Of a stretch of DNA of 64,000 nucleotides, positions 54,701 to 63,866 are shown in pieces (positions within the stretch are counted from its first letter, which is position 1; every line of letters begins with the position of its first letter). Both the position numbers and the translations under genes were made by a program. The notes under the pieces are model-generated. The model did no database searches, was not told the origin of the DNA, and was given only the letters and a program-made list of their open reading frames with translations. The stretch comes from Streptococcus sp. A12. GTDB taxonomy: Bacteria; Bacillota; Bacilli; Lactobacillales; Streptococcaceae. Location of the stretch: contig NZ_CAJPOU010000001.1 in NCBI RefSeq assembly GCF_905372335.1, positions 1,665 through 65,664 of the forward strand. Direction: 5' to 3'.

Positions 54701-56146
54701 TTATAGATAACGTTCAGCAATGGCGGCATCACCCGGATATTCTTCTTTTACGCCATTGACGATTTGGTAGCAGTCAGCTCCTTTTCCAGCGATAATAACA
54801 GCATCTTCAGGCTTGCTAGTCGTTGCCATAGCCACTTGAATGGCTTGCTCGCGATCTGCGATTTTTTCGACAGGTCGCGTGATGAAACTACTAATCTCTT
54901 CAGCGATAGCCAAAGGATCTTCATAGTTGGGATCATCAGCTGTGAGGAAGACTTGGATCTCAGGATGTTCTTCTAAAAGTAAGCCAAAGTCTTTGCGGCG
55001 GCTCTCTCCTTTATTACCGGTTGATCCAAGGACCAGTGAAATGGTCCCCGTTTGATGGGTTTCAACAACTGAGAGTAGTTTTTTCAAGCTATCTCCATTA
55101 TGGGCATAGTCGATGAAGACCTTGGCCCCATTTTTCTGAGTCAAGACTTCCATTCGGCCAGGAACGCGCGTCTTAGCAATCCCTTTTTGGATATCCTCGA
55201 GGCTCGCACCTAGACGAAGGCAGGCAAGACCTGCAGCCACAGCATTTTCTTGGTTGAAGTGACCGATGAGCTGGGTATCGTAGTCGCCAGCTAACTTGCC
55301 TGTGACAGAAAAGCTAAAGGCTTTTGAGTTCAGAACTTGGTTACTTGATTGACTACCGTAGAAGTCGTGGTCTTGCTCAGCGACTTGTTCCGCAAGAATC
55401 TCAAAATGATCCATATCGCTATTGACGACAACAGCATGGCTATTTTCCATCAAGAGACGTTTGTGGTAGAAATAGTCTTCAAAGGTTGGATGTTCAATTG
55501 GTCCAATATGGTCAGGGCTGATGTTGAGGAAGACACCGACATCAAAGGTCAGACCGTAAACCCGTTTCACCAAATAAGCTTGGCTAGAAACCTCCATAAT
55601 CAGGTGGGTCCGATCGTTGGCAACTGCTTGGGCCATCATTTCAAAAAGATCAATGCTTTCTGGAGTGGTCAAGGTTGATTTGAAGAAGGTCTTGCCATCC
55701 AAGGTTGTATTCATAGTGGATAGCATGGCTGGACGGTGTCCTTGCTCAAGAATCTTGTAGGCATAGTAAGCAGAAGTCGTTTTGCCCTTGGTTCCTGTAA
55801 AAGCTAAGAGTTTTAGCTGGCGCTCAGGGTGGCCATAGAATTCCATGGCAATCAAGCTCATAGCCTGTTTGATATCCGTAACGATAATGGCTGGGATGCT
55901 GACCTCAAAGTCTTGCTCAGCGACATACCACTGGAGACCTTGCTCGATCGCTTGCTCCAAAAATTCCTTCTTGAAATTAGCCCCCTTGACAAAAAAGAGG
56001 GTCTCGGAGTTGACCTTTCGACTATCGTAGCTAATTTGATTAAAAGAAACACCACTTGCTGAATAGTGGTATTCTCCGTCTTGTAGGATCTCACGAAAGT
56101 TGTGATCCTTTTTTAAAATGTTTAGTACAGTTTCTATCTTTATCAT
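54701..56146 (-). CDS. murE: UDP-MurNAc-dipeptide--L-lysine ligase
   Basis: GTKGKTT, TTPES, MEVSS, DYAHN, DDPNYE. Confidence 0.95.
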   Translation of the reverse strand: MIKIETVLNILKKDHNFREILQDGEYHYSASGVSFNQISYDSRKVNSETLFFVKGANFKKEFLEQAIEQGLQWYVAEQDFEVSIPAIIVTDIKQAMSLIAMEFYGHPERQLKLLAFTGTKGKTTSAYYAYKILEQGHRPAMLSTMNTTLDGKTFFKSTLTTPESIDLFEMMAQAVANDRTHLIMEVSSQAYLVKRVYGLTFDVGVFLNISPDHIGPIEHPTFEDYFYHKRLLMENSHAVVVNSDMDHFEILAEQVAEQDHDFYGSQSSNQVLNSKAFSFSVTGKLAGDYDTQLIGHFNQENAVAAGLACLRLGASLEDIQKGIAKTRVPGRMEVLTQKNGAKVFIDYAHNGDSLKKLLSVVETHQTGTISLVLGSTGNKGESRRKDFGLLLEEHPEIQVFLTADDPNYEDPLAIAEEISSFITRPVEKIADREQAIQVAMATTSKPEDAVIIAGKGADCYQIVNGVKEEYPGDAAIAERYL

Positions 56147-56232
56147 AATCCTATTTTAAACTGAAAGACCTTATTTTACAAGTGTAAAGGAAAAGTTTAT
56201 AATGAAAGAAGACTATAAAGCAGAGGAAACAT

Positions 56233-57861
56233 ATGAGTAACGAAACAAGTAATCAACAGGCCCAGATGCTTCGAGGTACAGTCTGGTTAACAGCCAGCAA
56301 TTTCATTAGTCGTCTATTAGGTGCGGCCTATATCATCCCTTGGTATATTTGGATGGGTAAACATGGAGCAGAGGCAAACGGTCTCTTTACCATGGGCTAC
56401 AATATCTACGCTTGGTTTTTGCTGATTTCAACAGCAGGCGTCCCGGTAGCAGTCGCTAAGCAGGTGGCCAAGTACAATACCAAGGGGCAAGAAGAGCACA
56501 GTTTTGCCATGATTCGTGGCTTCCTTAAGTTCATGTCTTTATTGGGCTTGGTTTTTGCTATTATCATGTATGTGCTTTCTCAAGTATTTGCAAATCTGTC
56601 TGGAGGTGGGAAAGACCTAATCCCTGTCATGCAGAGCCTGTCTTGGGCAGTCTTGATTTTCCCTTCCATGAGTGTCATTCGTGGCTTCTTCCAAGGGCAT
56701 AACAATCTGAAACCTTATGCCATCAGTCAAATTGCTGAGCAAGTGATTCGGGTTATCTGGATGCTCTTGACAGCCTACTTCATTATGAAGGTCGGCTCAG
56801 GTGATTACGTTGAAGCTGTGACCCAGTCCACTTTTGCAGCCTTTATTGGGATGGGAGCGAGTCTTCTAGTCCTCGTCTATTACCTCTGGAAAACAGGGCT
56901 TCTACAGCACATTATCCATCGCCCAGAGTCTGATAGCCAGATTGATACCAAGGCTCTCTTGTGGGATACTATTCGTGAAGCAATTCCGTTCATTGTGACA
57001 GGATCAGCCATTCAACTCTTCCAAATCATCGACCAGATGACCTATAGCAATGTCATGTCTTGGTTCACCAACTTCACTCGTTCAGAGCTGTTGGTTCAGT
57101 TCAGCTACTTTTCAGCGAATCCGAACAAGATCACCATGATTTTAATTGCAGTTGCGACATCGATCGGTGGGGTGGGAATCCCTCTCCTAACAGAGAACTA
57201 TGTCAAGGGTGATTTCCGAGCTGCAGGTAAGCTGGTTCAAGATAATTTGACCATGCTAGTAGCCTTCTTGCTTCCAGCGACGATTGGAGCAGTAGCCATT
57301 GCAGAGCCTCTCTATACGGTCTTTTACGGGAAACCGGATTCCCTGGCTTTGGGGCTCTTTATCCTAGCGATGTTACAAACGGTCATCCTAGGCTTGTATA
57401 CGGTTCTCTCTCCAATGATCCAGGCTCTTTTCCAAAATCGGAAGGCAATTCTTTACTTTGGCTATGGAGTATTGGTAAAACTGATTCTCCAAGTACCGTT
57501 CATTTATGTCTTTAAAGCCTATGGTCCTCTTCTTTCTACTACAATTGGTCTCATGATTCCGATTGTTCTTATGTACAAGGAAATTCATCAGGTGACTCAT
57601 TTCAATCGCAAGACAGTCTTCAAACGAAGTTTATTGACAGCCATTCTCACCTTGATCATGCTCTTGGTGGTCCTAGTTGCAGGCTTTATCCTTGGCTTGG
57701 TCATCAAACCAAATGGTCGAGTGACCAGCATGGTCTATGTAGCTCTGATTGGTGGTGTTGGAATCGTCGTATACGGTGGTCTCGGTCTTCGTCTTCGTTT
57801 CTTAGATCGCTTCATTGGTAGCAAGGCAGCTAGTCTTCGAAATAAATTTCATATTTCATAA
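56233..57861 (+). CDS. murJ: MOP-family lipid II flippase (YtgP-type MurJ)
   Basis: SRLLGAAYIIPW, GVPVAVAKQVA, RGFFQG, EQVIRV; divergent from murE. Confidence 0.85.
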   Translation: MSNETSNQQAQMLRGTVWLTASNFISRLLGAAYIIPWYIWMGKHGAEANGLFTMGYNIYAWFLLISTAGVPVAVAKQVAKYNTKGQEEHSFAMIRGFLKFMSLLGLVFAIIMYVLSQVFANLSGGGKDLIPVMQSLSWAVLIFPSMSVIRGFFQGHNNLKPYAISQIAEQVIRVIWMLLTAYFIMKVGSGDYVEAVTQSTFAAFIGMGASLLVLVYYLWKTGLLQHIIHRPESDSQIDTKALLWDTIREAIPFIVTGSAIQLFQIIDQMTYSNVMSWFTNFTRSELLVQFSYFSANPNKITMILIAVATSIGGVGIPLLTENYVKGDFRAAGKLVQDNLTMLVAFLLPATIGAVAIAEPLYTVFYGKPDSLALGLFILAMLQTVILGLYTVLSPMIQALFQNRKAILYFGYGVLVKLILQVPFIYVFKAYGPLLSTTIGLMIPIVLMYKEIHQVTHFNRKTVFKRSLLTAILTLIMLLVVLVAGFILGLVIKPNGRVTSMVYVALIGGVGIVVYGGLGLRLRFLDRFIGSKAASLRNKFHIS

Positions 57862-57865
57862 CCAG

Positions 57866-57897
57866 TAGAGGTTGGGGCTATCCCACCTCTTTTTTTC
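57866..57897 (+). terminator. murJ terminator
   Basis: agaggt(t)ggg...cccacctct followed by U-tract. Confidence 0.8.
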
Positions 57898-57986
57898 ATT
57901 ATAGTTTGAAGCTATAATTTAAAGATACGCCAAACCCTTGATACATAAGGGATTAACGTATCTCAAAGTGAAAAATATTCTCCTTT

Positions 57987-59153
57987 TTAGGAACTTTTGA
58001 TATTTTTAAGTGCCGTTTCAAAGATTGACACGGCTTTTTTTGCACTCTCTTTTGAGAGGTGACTGTATGTATCCATTGTCATAGATAACGTGGAGTGTCC
58101 TAGTCGGTGCTGGAGTTCTTTATATGGTATTCCAGCATTTAATAACAAACTAGCGTGAGTGTGTCGGAAACCGTGGAAACCAATATTAGGAACGTTTGCT
58201 CTTGTAAAATGTACCTTTAAATTGTATTCCAGCGAATTATAATTTAAATACTTTTTAATGAGATTTGAGAAAACGACAGTTTCAGTTTTACCAATCTTCC
58301 AAGCTTCTTGAATTTGTCGGTGCTTATATTGCCTGAGCATAGAAACTGTTTTAGGGTCAATATCAATTTCACGGTCACTAGCTTTTGATTTAGGACTATT
58401 GGTTTCTAGTTTATAATTTAGTGTCTTTGTGACGTGAACAATAGCATTATCTAGATCAATATCAGACCATTCCAGTGCCAATGCTTCATTAATACGGCAA
58501 CCCGTAGCAAGCAGGAACTTGTAAAGAGTGACACAAAAGAGATTTTTAAATCTTGTTTGATCCAAGCTATCCAAGTATTCAAAGAATTGTTTTAATTCTG
58601 AATCTGTGAAATGCTTGATCTTTGTTTTCTCTTTTTTGACTTTGGGAACTATTATATCTTTTGCAGGATTAAACGGTATCGCCTGTAATGAGGTTGCATA
58701 CTGTAATATGCGCTTGTTGAAAGAATGGAGTTGCCCATATAGTTTAAATCCCCCATTGTTTTGGTTGTAATCCTTTGCCCATTTGTTGACTTGTTGTTGA
58801 ATTATAGCAGGGGTCAACTTATCAAGTTTGTATGCACCAAAGGCTGGGCGCAGATGGTTTTCTAACTGTCCTTTAATAACGTTTCGTGAGTTTGGTTTGA
58901 TTGTGAGTGAGTAGTTTTCCCACCAACTATCCATTAATTCACCATAGTTTTCAAATTGAGTAAAAGCGGTACGAGTTGCACCATTCTTTTTAAATTCAAA
59001 TTTTGCTTGTAAAGCCTTGTTCTTAATTTCTTTCTTGGTACGGGCTGAAATGGTTGTTTTAATCTTCTTACCCGTGATTGAATCGATACCAAGATATAAG
59101 CTGGTGCGGTACACTATTGTACCGTCTTTCTTTTTGTATTCTGTAATGTTCAT
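57987..59153 (-). CDS. int: Tyrosine integrase
   Basis: TGCRINEALAL, HGFRHTHAS, LGHS, TMDTYSH. Confidence 0.96.
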   Translation of the reverse strand: MNITEYKKKDGTIVYRTSLYLGIDSITGKKIKTTISARTKKEIKNKALQAKFEFKKNGATRTAFTQFENYGELMDSWWENYSLTIKPNSRNVIKGQLENHLRPAFGAYKLDKLTPAIIQQQVNKWAKDYNQNNGGFKLYGQLHSFNKRILQYATSLQAIPFNPAKDIIVPKVKKEKTKIKHFTDSELKQFFEYLDSLDQTRFKNLFCVTLYKFLLATGCRINEALALEWSDIDLDNAIVHVTKTLNYKLETNSPKSKASDREIDIDPKTVSMLRQYKHRQIQEAWKIGKTETVVFSNLIKKYLNYNSLEYNLKVHFTRANVPNIGFHGFRHTHASLLLNAGIPYKELQHRLGHSTLSMTMDTYSHLSKESAKKAVSIFETALKNIKSS

Positions 59154-59345
59154 GATCTAAACCTTTCTAATTCATCAGCAGGCAAGCTATTATTAAAAAG
59201 GTTTTAGTGTGTGGTTTATATCATGCTAGGGCTCCACAGTTTGCCCTGTATTCGATTTTAAGGAGTTAGACGGTAATTGTACCAGAATAAAAAACAAGAC
59301 GAATATAGGGTTAATGCTACGTTTTAAGTCATGGGGATTTATTGA

Positions 59346-59425
59346 CAAAAAAGAGCCTGTTCAATGAACAGGCTCATGTATCCGCAAAGGGATAGCGTCT
59401 TCTTAATGCTCGCAAGGAGCTATGT
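59346..59425 (-). ncRNA. Candidate ~80-nt RNA downstream of the PemK-like gene (putative RNA antitoxin)
   Basis: TTGACA(59460-55)-17-TATAAT(59437-32); two short hairpins; 11-bp terminator stem with U6. Confidence 0.7.
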
Positions 59426-59466
59426 ACTATTATTATAAGCCTCTTTTTTTTGAATGTCAATTATTT

Positions 59467-60165
59467 TTATTTTTTGAAAAAGTTTTTTTGAAGATGTTCG
59501 TCAATTTTGTTGAGGATATCATCCGAAACACGAAGACCTTTAAGTACCCCGTATCTATTTCTTGGGTCGAAAATACGCAGTTTACTTACAGTAGTAACTT
59601 GACCAATTAGAGCTATGCTACCTGTCTTCATTTTATCAATTTCTGCCTTAATTCGTTTTGCGTAAGCAAGTTCGTTCTGAAATTGGGCCAGTTCTTCTTC
59701 AGTGGCTTCTGGTAATTGAATACTGCTTAATTTACTGAGTAATTTCTTAAGTTTATTTGTTAATTTTTCATAAATCTCATTACCAATAAAAATTTGATTT
59801 TTGCCAAGTTTATCTAAATCGGTATGAGTTTTAACAGAAGTGAGAGGTATGACAGTGAACACTGGATTACTTAAATCATTATCCGCATCTATTACAATAG
59901 CGTAATGCAATCCACCTTCTTCACTACCAACATTAAATCCTAAATGAACTTTAACAATACTTCCGCGCTTGTATTTTAGCATTTTGTTCGGAGAGAAGTT
60001 TTCTTCTCTATCTAAATAGTTAATCCAGTCTAAAATCCAAAAAGATATTTTTTCAGCTTTTGCTTTTTGTTCTCCTTCAATTAATCCAGTTAGATAGTCA
60101 TCAAATTTTGCTAGCATTTCATTTTTAAAGTTTAATGATTCGTTTTTAGATAATTTCTTTGCCAT
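59467..60165 (-). CDS. PemK/MazF-fold endoribonuclease-like protein, extended (232 aa)
   Basis: KRGSIVKVHLGFNVGSEEGGLHYAIVI..TVIPLTS and IALIGQVTTVSKLRI. Confidence 0.82.
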   Translation of the reverse strand: MAKKLSKNESLNFKNEMLAKFDDYLTGLIEGEQKAKAEKISFWILDWINYLDREENFSPNKMLKYKRGSIVKVHLGFNVGSEEGGLHYAIVIDADNDLSNPVFTVIPLTSVKTHTDLDKLGKNQIFIGNEIYEKLTNKLKKLLSKLSSIQLPEATEEELAQFQNELAYAKRIKAEIDKMKTGSIALIGQVTTVSKLRIFDPRNRYGVLKGLRVSDDILNKIDEHLQKNFFKK

Positions 60166-60341
60166 AATAATCTCCTAAAGATCACCAACGAATTATAGAT
60201 ACTCATCTAGTACAAGTTAGTCGGTAGTTGTTTTTAAATTTTATTTTGTAACATTAGTTGATAGTATAGGTGTTAAGCGAACAAAGAGCGAACAACGAGA
60301 AAACACGCGCTTCAGGATTGTTGAACATTGTGGCGCGTGGG

Positions 60342-61115
60342 TTAATCTTCCTTTGCATTAATAAAAGAAATTTTAGAACTAAAGACATCGTCCCCAACTC
60401 TAGGTGAGTTTTTTATATATGTTTCAAAAGACAGTTTTACAATTGTATTCTCTTTATGAATATCAACAACTACAGGTATCCTGGTTTTAAACCCAAAAAC
60501 AACAATCTCTACAAATACCATTGAATTTAAGAATAAATCAAGTTCGTTTATTTTTGTGTAATATTTTAACCAATTTGATATAACGCTTTGAATTAAATTT
60601 ATAATCGCTTCATTATTGAGCCTTGAGAGAAATTTATTTATATCAGAAGTATCTTCAGCTTTATTTTGTTGATTAGCTCTAAAAAAAGCTAGGTTTATTA
60701 TTAGCAATTTCTTTTCTTGTTCTATCGGAGACACTATAAGAGAGAACGGTTTTGTTTTGTTTTGGTGATCTACCACTTGGCAATTATATAAAAAAGCTTC
60801 ACTAGGTTTTATATTTACAGAACCGTCATCATTTTGACTATTATGAATCGTTGAATTTTCTACTATTTCTAAGTTATCAAAGTTTAATACTTCCTGAAAA
60901 TAAAATAATATCTCTCTGTCAGTAATAGTGAAAAAATCTGAAATAGGAATATTGAAGAAATCCAGAAGAGTTTCGAGTGTATCGAACTGAATTCCTTTAC
61001 TATCGTTATTTAAGAGAGAGGTTAGAGTTGGGCGGGATAAGCCTGTTTCCATTGATAATTTGTTAATACTCAGTTTATTTTTTTCGAGTAATTCTTTTAA
61101 GTTTGTTTTTATCAT
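60342..61115 (-). CDS. XRE-family master repressor (Stl/CI-like)
   Basis: N-terminal HTH LSINKLSMETGLSRPTLTSL; divergent from cro-like gene. Confidence 0.8.
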   Translation of the reverse strand: MIKTNLKELLEKNKLSINKLSMETGLSRPTLTSLLNNDSKGIQFDTLETLLDFFNIPISDFFTITDREILFYFQEVLNFDNLEIVENSTIHNSQNDDGSVNIKPSEAFLYNCQVVDHQNKTKPFSLIVSPIEQEKKLLIINLAFFRANQQNKAEDTSDINKFLSRLNNEAIINLIQSVISNWLKYYTKINELDLFLNSMVFVEIVVFGFKTRIPVVVDIHKENTIVKLSFETYIKNSPRVGDDVFSSKISFINAKED

Positions 61116-61136
61116 AGGTATTCTCCTTACTAACCT

Positions 61137-61250
61137 ATTTTACATCACGATGTTTTTTTTTTCAATGATTTGTAAATATTACTTGACAGTTATTTTGTTT
61201 TTTTGTAAACTGTAAACAACAACTTACAAAAAAACATCAAAGTTGTAAAT
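61137..61250. promoter_or_regulatory. Divergent switch promoters with TTGTAAA/TTACA operator-like repeats
   Basis: Rightward TTGACA(61183)-17-TAAACT; leftward TTGAAA(61165)-17-TAAAAT; several tgtaaa copies. Confidence 0.65.
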
Positions 61251-61278
61251 ATAGAATTACAACAAGGAGGGCAAAACT

Positions 61279-61476
61279 TTGAAAAATAATCTTAGAATTA
61301 TTTTAGCAAAGCAACGCAAGAAAGTTTCAGACGTTCACGAAGCTACGGGTGTTTCTAAAACCACTTTGACAGCTTTGTACTATGAACGTACAAAAAACCC
61401 TGAAACAGAAACCTTGCTAAAAGTTGCGAAATATCTGGGCGTAACCTTAGATGAGCTACTGACACCAGAAGATTAG
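61279..61476 (+). CDS. Cro-like HTH regulator
   Basis: 65-aa XRE HTH; SD aaggagg, TTG start. Confidence 0.88.
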   Translation: MKNNLRIILAKQRKKVSDVHEATGVSKTTLTALYYERTKNPETETLLKVAKYLGVTLDELLTPED

Positions 61477-61490
61477 AAAAGAGCTGACCA

Positions 61491-62117
61491 ATGGAACTAG
61501 TATACATGGACGGCAAAAAAGAGCCGTATACATTAAGTAGTATTGTTGCAGAGTGCACAGGATTGCAACATCATACAATAACTAAAACGATCCGCAAACA
61601 TCAAGCAAGGTTTGAACGGTTCGGAAAGGTTGGATTTAAAATCCAAGCTATGGAAAGTGGCCAGAATACCAAGGACTATATCTTGAATGAGCAACAAGCG
61701 ACCTTGTTAGTTACTTTCTTAAAGAATACTGAGCAAGTGGCCAACTTCAAAACAAACCTAGTCAAAGCATTCTTTGAAATGCGTGAGGAGCTTTCTAATT
61801 TTCGTATGCAGAGGGCTCTAGAAAAGCCAAAAAGAAAAATACTGCATGACAGCATTGAGAACTGGGATCAAGCACCAAAGCACGCGCATAGCACCATGAA
61901 CAACTTGCTACTGAAGGCAGTGACCGACAGGAACGCTAAGCAGTTAGTAGAAGAACGTGGGGGCTACAATGGCATTGATAGCTTGACCAGCGAGGAGTTG
62001 GAACAGTACCAAGCATTTGAGGATATGGCGATAGCTATGATTAGCTTAAATATGAGCTATCAGGAAATAAAGGCCATGGTATTCAGAAATAAAAAAACAC
62101 GCCTAGAAAGCGCGTGA
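61491..62117 (+). CDS. Rha family phage regulatory protein
   Basis: YILNEQQATLLVT, FKTNLVKAFFEM. Confidence 0.85.
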   Translation: MELVYMDGKKEPYTLSSIVAECTGLQHHTITKTIRKHQARFERFGKVGFKIQAMESGQNTKDYILNEQQATLLVTFLKNTEQVANFKTNLVKAFFEMREELSNFRMQRALEKPKRKILHDSIENWDQAPKHAHSTMNNLLLKAVTDRNAKQLVEERGGYNGIDSLTSEELEQYQAFEDMAIAMISLNMSYQEIKAMVFRNKKTRLESA

Positions 62118-62414
62118 TCGCAACAAAAAAAGGCTTAGCAATAACCACACCGCAGAGCCTTTCACACTATCACTAAAACAAAATTAACAAAAAGCAGGCA
62201 AGCTATTATTAAAGAGGTTTTAGTAAAGATTTATACCTAGATTATAGCATATTTAGGACATTTTGACCATACGGAGAGCGCTAACTCTTTAAACTGGTAC
62301 TTTCTCACACTTTCAATTTGGCGACTCTGAGCGCGGGAATTGGCTAGTATAGGAAACAACCATTAAAAAGCCCATCAAGGCAATTACACAAACACTGAAA
62401 AAGGAGTAAATACC

Positions 62415-62867
62415 ATGGCAGAAACAACATACGAGAATTTGGCTAGATGTATAGATAGAATTAGCGCAGAAATGCGAGAAATTAGCGAAAAAAATGGCCT
62501 AAGAAGACTTTCTTTATTGGCAAGTCAGACAAAGTCCATCAAAGAAGATTTGTCCCGTTTACTTTGGTTAGAGTTACCAGAACTAAACGACAGCAAAAAA
62601 ATTGAGAACATTTCTAAAAGCACTACAGGAATGTTTTTCCACCCTGGTATTTTTGAAATGGACGCTATGCGACAAGCATTCTTTAAACGTCAAGCTAAGT
62701 ATTTTTTTGACAACGAAGCAGATCAACAGGCATATATAGAACATGCTGAAAAGGAGTATTTAGAGGCTACTATAACCTTAAAAGATATTCTTTTTAATTC
62801 TAAAAATGCTAATCGGAAAGTAAGTAAAGATCATCTTATAGAGAAGTTTGAGGAGGCAATGCAATGA
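62415..62867 (+). CDS. Satellite hypothetical protein
   Basis: SD aaggag; in early operon. Confidence 0.75.
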   Translation: MAETTYENLARCIDRISAEMREISEKNGLRRLSLLASQTKSIKEDLSRLLWLELPELNDSKKIENISKSTTGMFFHPGIFEMDAMRQAFFKRQAKYFFDNEADQQAYIEHAEKEYLEATITLKDILFNSKNANRKVSKDHLIEKFEEAMQ

Positions 62868-63064
62868 CACTTGACCTAGACAACATGACACAAGCAGAAT
62901 TTGATGAAGTAATGACTGAAATCAAGGCAAAACGCCCGAAACTCTTTCAGTTTATTGCTGATTTTGTAGATCGAAAAGTAAGCACCGAAGAGGTGGACGA
63001 CTTCCTGAAGATGGGACGAAGCGACCAAGTGGACTACATCAAGAACTATAAGGCGAGGGCATAA
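62864..63064 (+). CDS. Satellite hypothetical protein
   Basis: SD gaggagg; ATGA overlap with upstream ORF. Confidence 0.75.
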   Translation: MTLDLDNMTQAEFDEVMTEIKAKRPKLFQFIADFVDRKVSTEEVDDFLKMGRSDQVDYIKNYKARA

Positions 63065-63065
63065 C

Positions 63066-63269
63066 ATGAATGAACTAGATTTAACCAATACACAGGCGGT
63101 TATCTTCATGATGGTATTGATTGGCTTACTGCTTTATTTAAACCACCGAGACCGCAAAAAAAGCACCCAATTTGAGCGAGAAAGCAAACAGACGATAGAA
63201 ACACCTAGCGAGGATTTAGACCCTTGCTATGGGCGTTATATTCAGCTAACAGGCAAAAGATACAATTAG
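63066..63269 (+). CDS. Satellite small membrane protein
   Basis: Single hydrophobic segment; coupled to upstream ORF. Confidence 0.7.
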   Translation: MNELDLTNTQAVIFMMVLIGLLLYLNHRDRKKSTQFERESKQTIETPSEDLDPCYGRYIQLTGKRYN

Positions 63270-63282
63270 AACGAGGAGAAAT

Positions 63283-63519
63283 ATGACAAAAGACAAACAA
63301 TTTGACCTTGCAAAATCACGGGCAGAAAACTTTGGTCAGTGGTTAAATGAGGCTTTTCAGACTATGCTAGATTTTTCCCTAGAAGATAAATTTGATTGCT
63401 ACAGTATCGAGGAAAAAAATCAGCTAGAGCGAGTATTAGAAACCCTAACAGATTTTTCTGATATGTGGGATAAGGGACAGATTATCCTAATCAGCAAAGA
63501 AAGGGAGGTAACAGAATGA
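63283..63519 (+). CDS. Satellite hypothetical protein
   Basis: SD gaggag. Confidence 0.7.
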   Translation: MTKDKQFDLAKSRAENFGQWLNEAFQTMLDFSLEDKFDCYSIEEKNQLERVLETLTDFSDMWDKGQIILISKEREVTE

Positions 63520-63866
63520 CACTACCACCGCTACCAGAGAACTATAGACGTGTGCTTAATTTTATCAAGGTAGGGGCTGAGAACTCAATTACAGGGGCAG
63601 AAATCAGCCTAATTACCAAGTTATCAGAAAGAACCGTACAGGATATCATCAGCCGTCTGATCACGCGCTACGGTGTTCCTATCGTCGGTGTACGTAATGG
63701 AGCTTTTAGAGGGTATTTTATCCCAGCCAATCAGGAAGAGTTGTTGGACGGTGCAAAGGCATTCTATAACCAAGTACAAGAGGAGCAGAAGCGTCTAGCC
63801 GTCCTTTTAAACGCTGATTTAGAGAGTTATAAGCCATTACTGAAAGGAGATAATGAATATGTTTAG
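63516..63866 (+). CDS. Satellite winged-HTH protein
   Basis: ITGAEIS..LSERTVQDIISRL..GYFI. Confidence 0.75.
   Translation: MTLPPLPENYRRVLNFIKVGAENSITGAEISLITKLSERTVQDIISRLITRYGVPIVGVRNGAFRGYFIPANQEELLDGAKAFYNQVQEEQKRLAVLLNADLESYKPLLKGDNEYV

Noticed and set aside
59422..59610. 62-aa plus-strand ORF as a protein antitoxin for the PemK-like gene
   Set aside because: Antisense to the toxin 3' end and across the RNA promoter; low-complexity translation; better explained as a shadow ORF, although a ggag precedes it.
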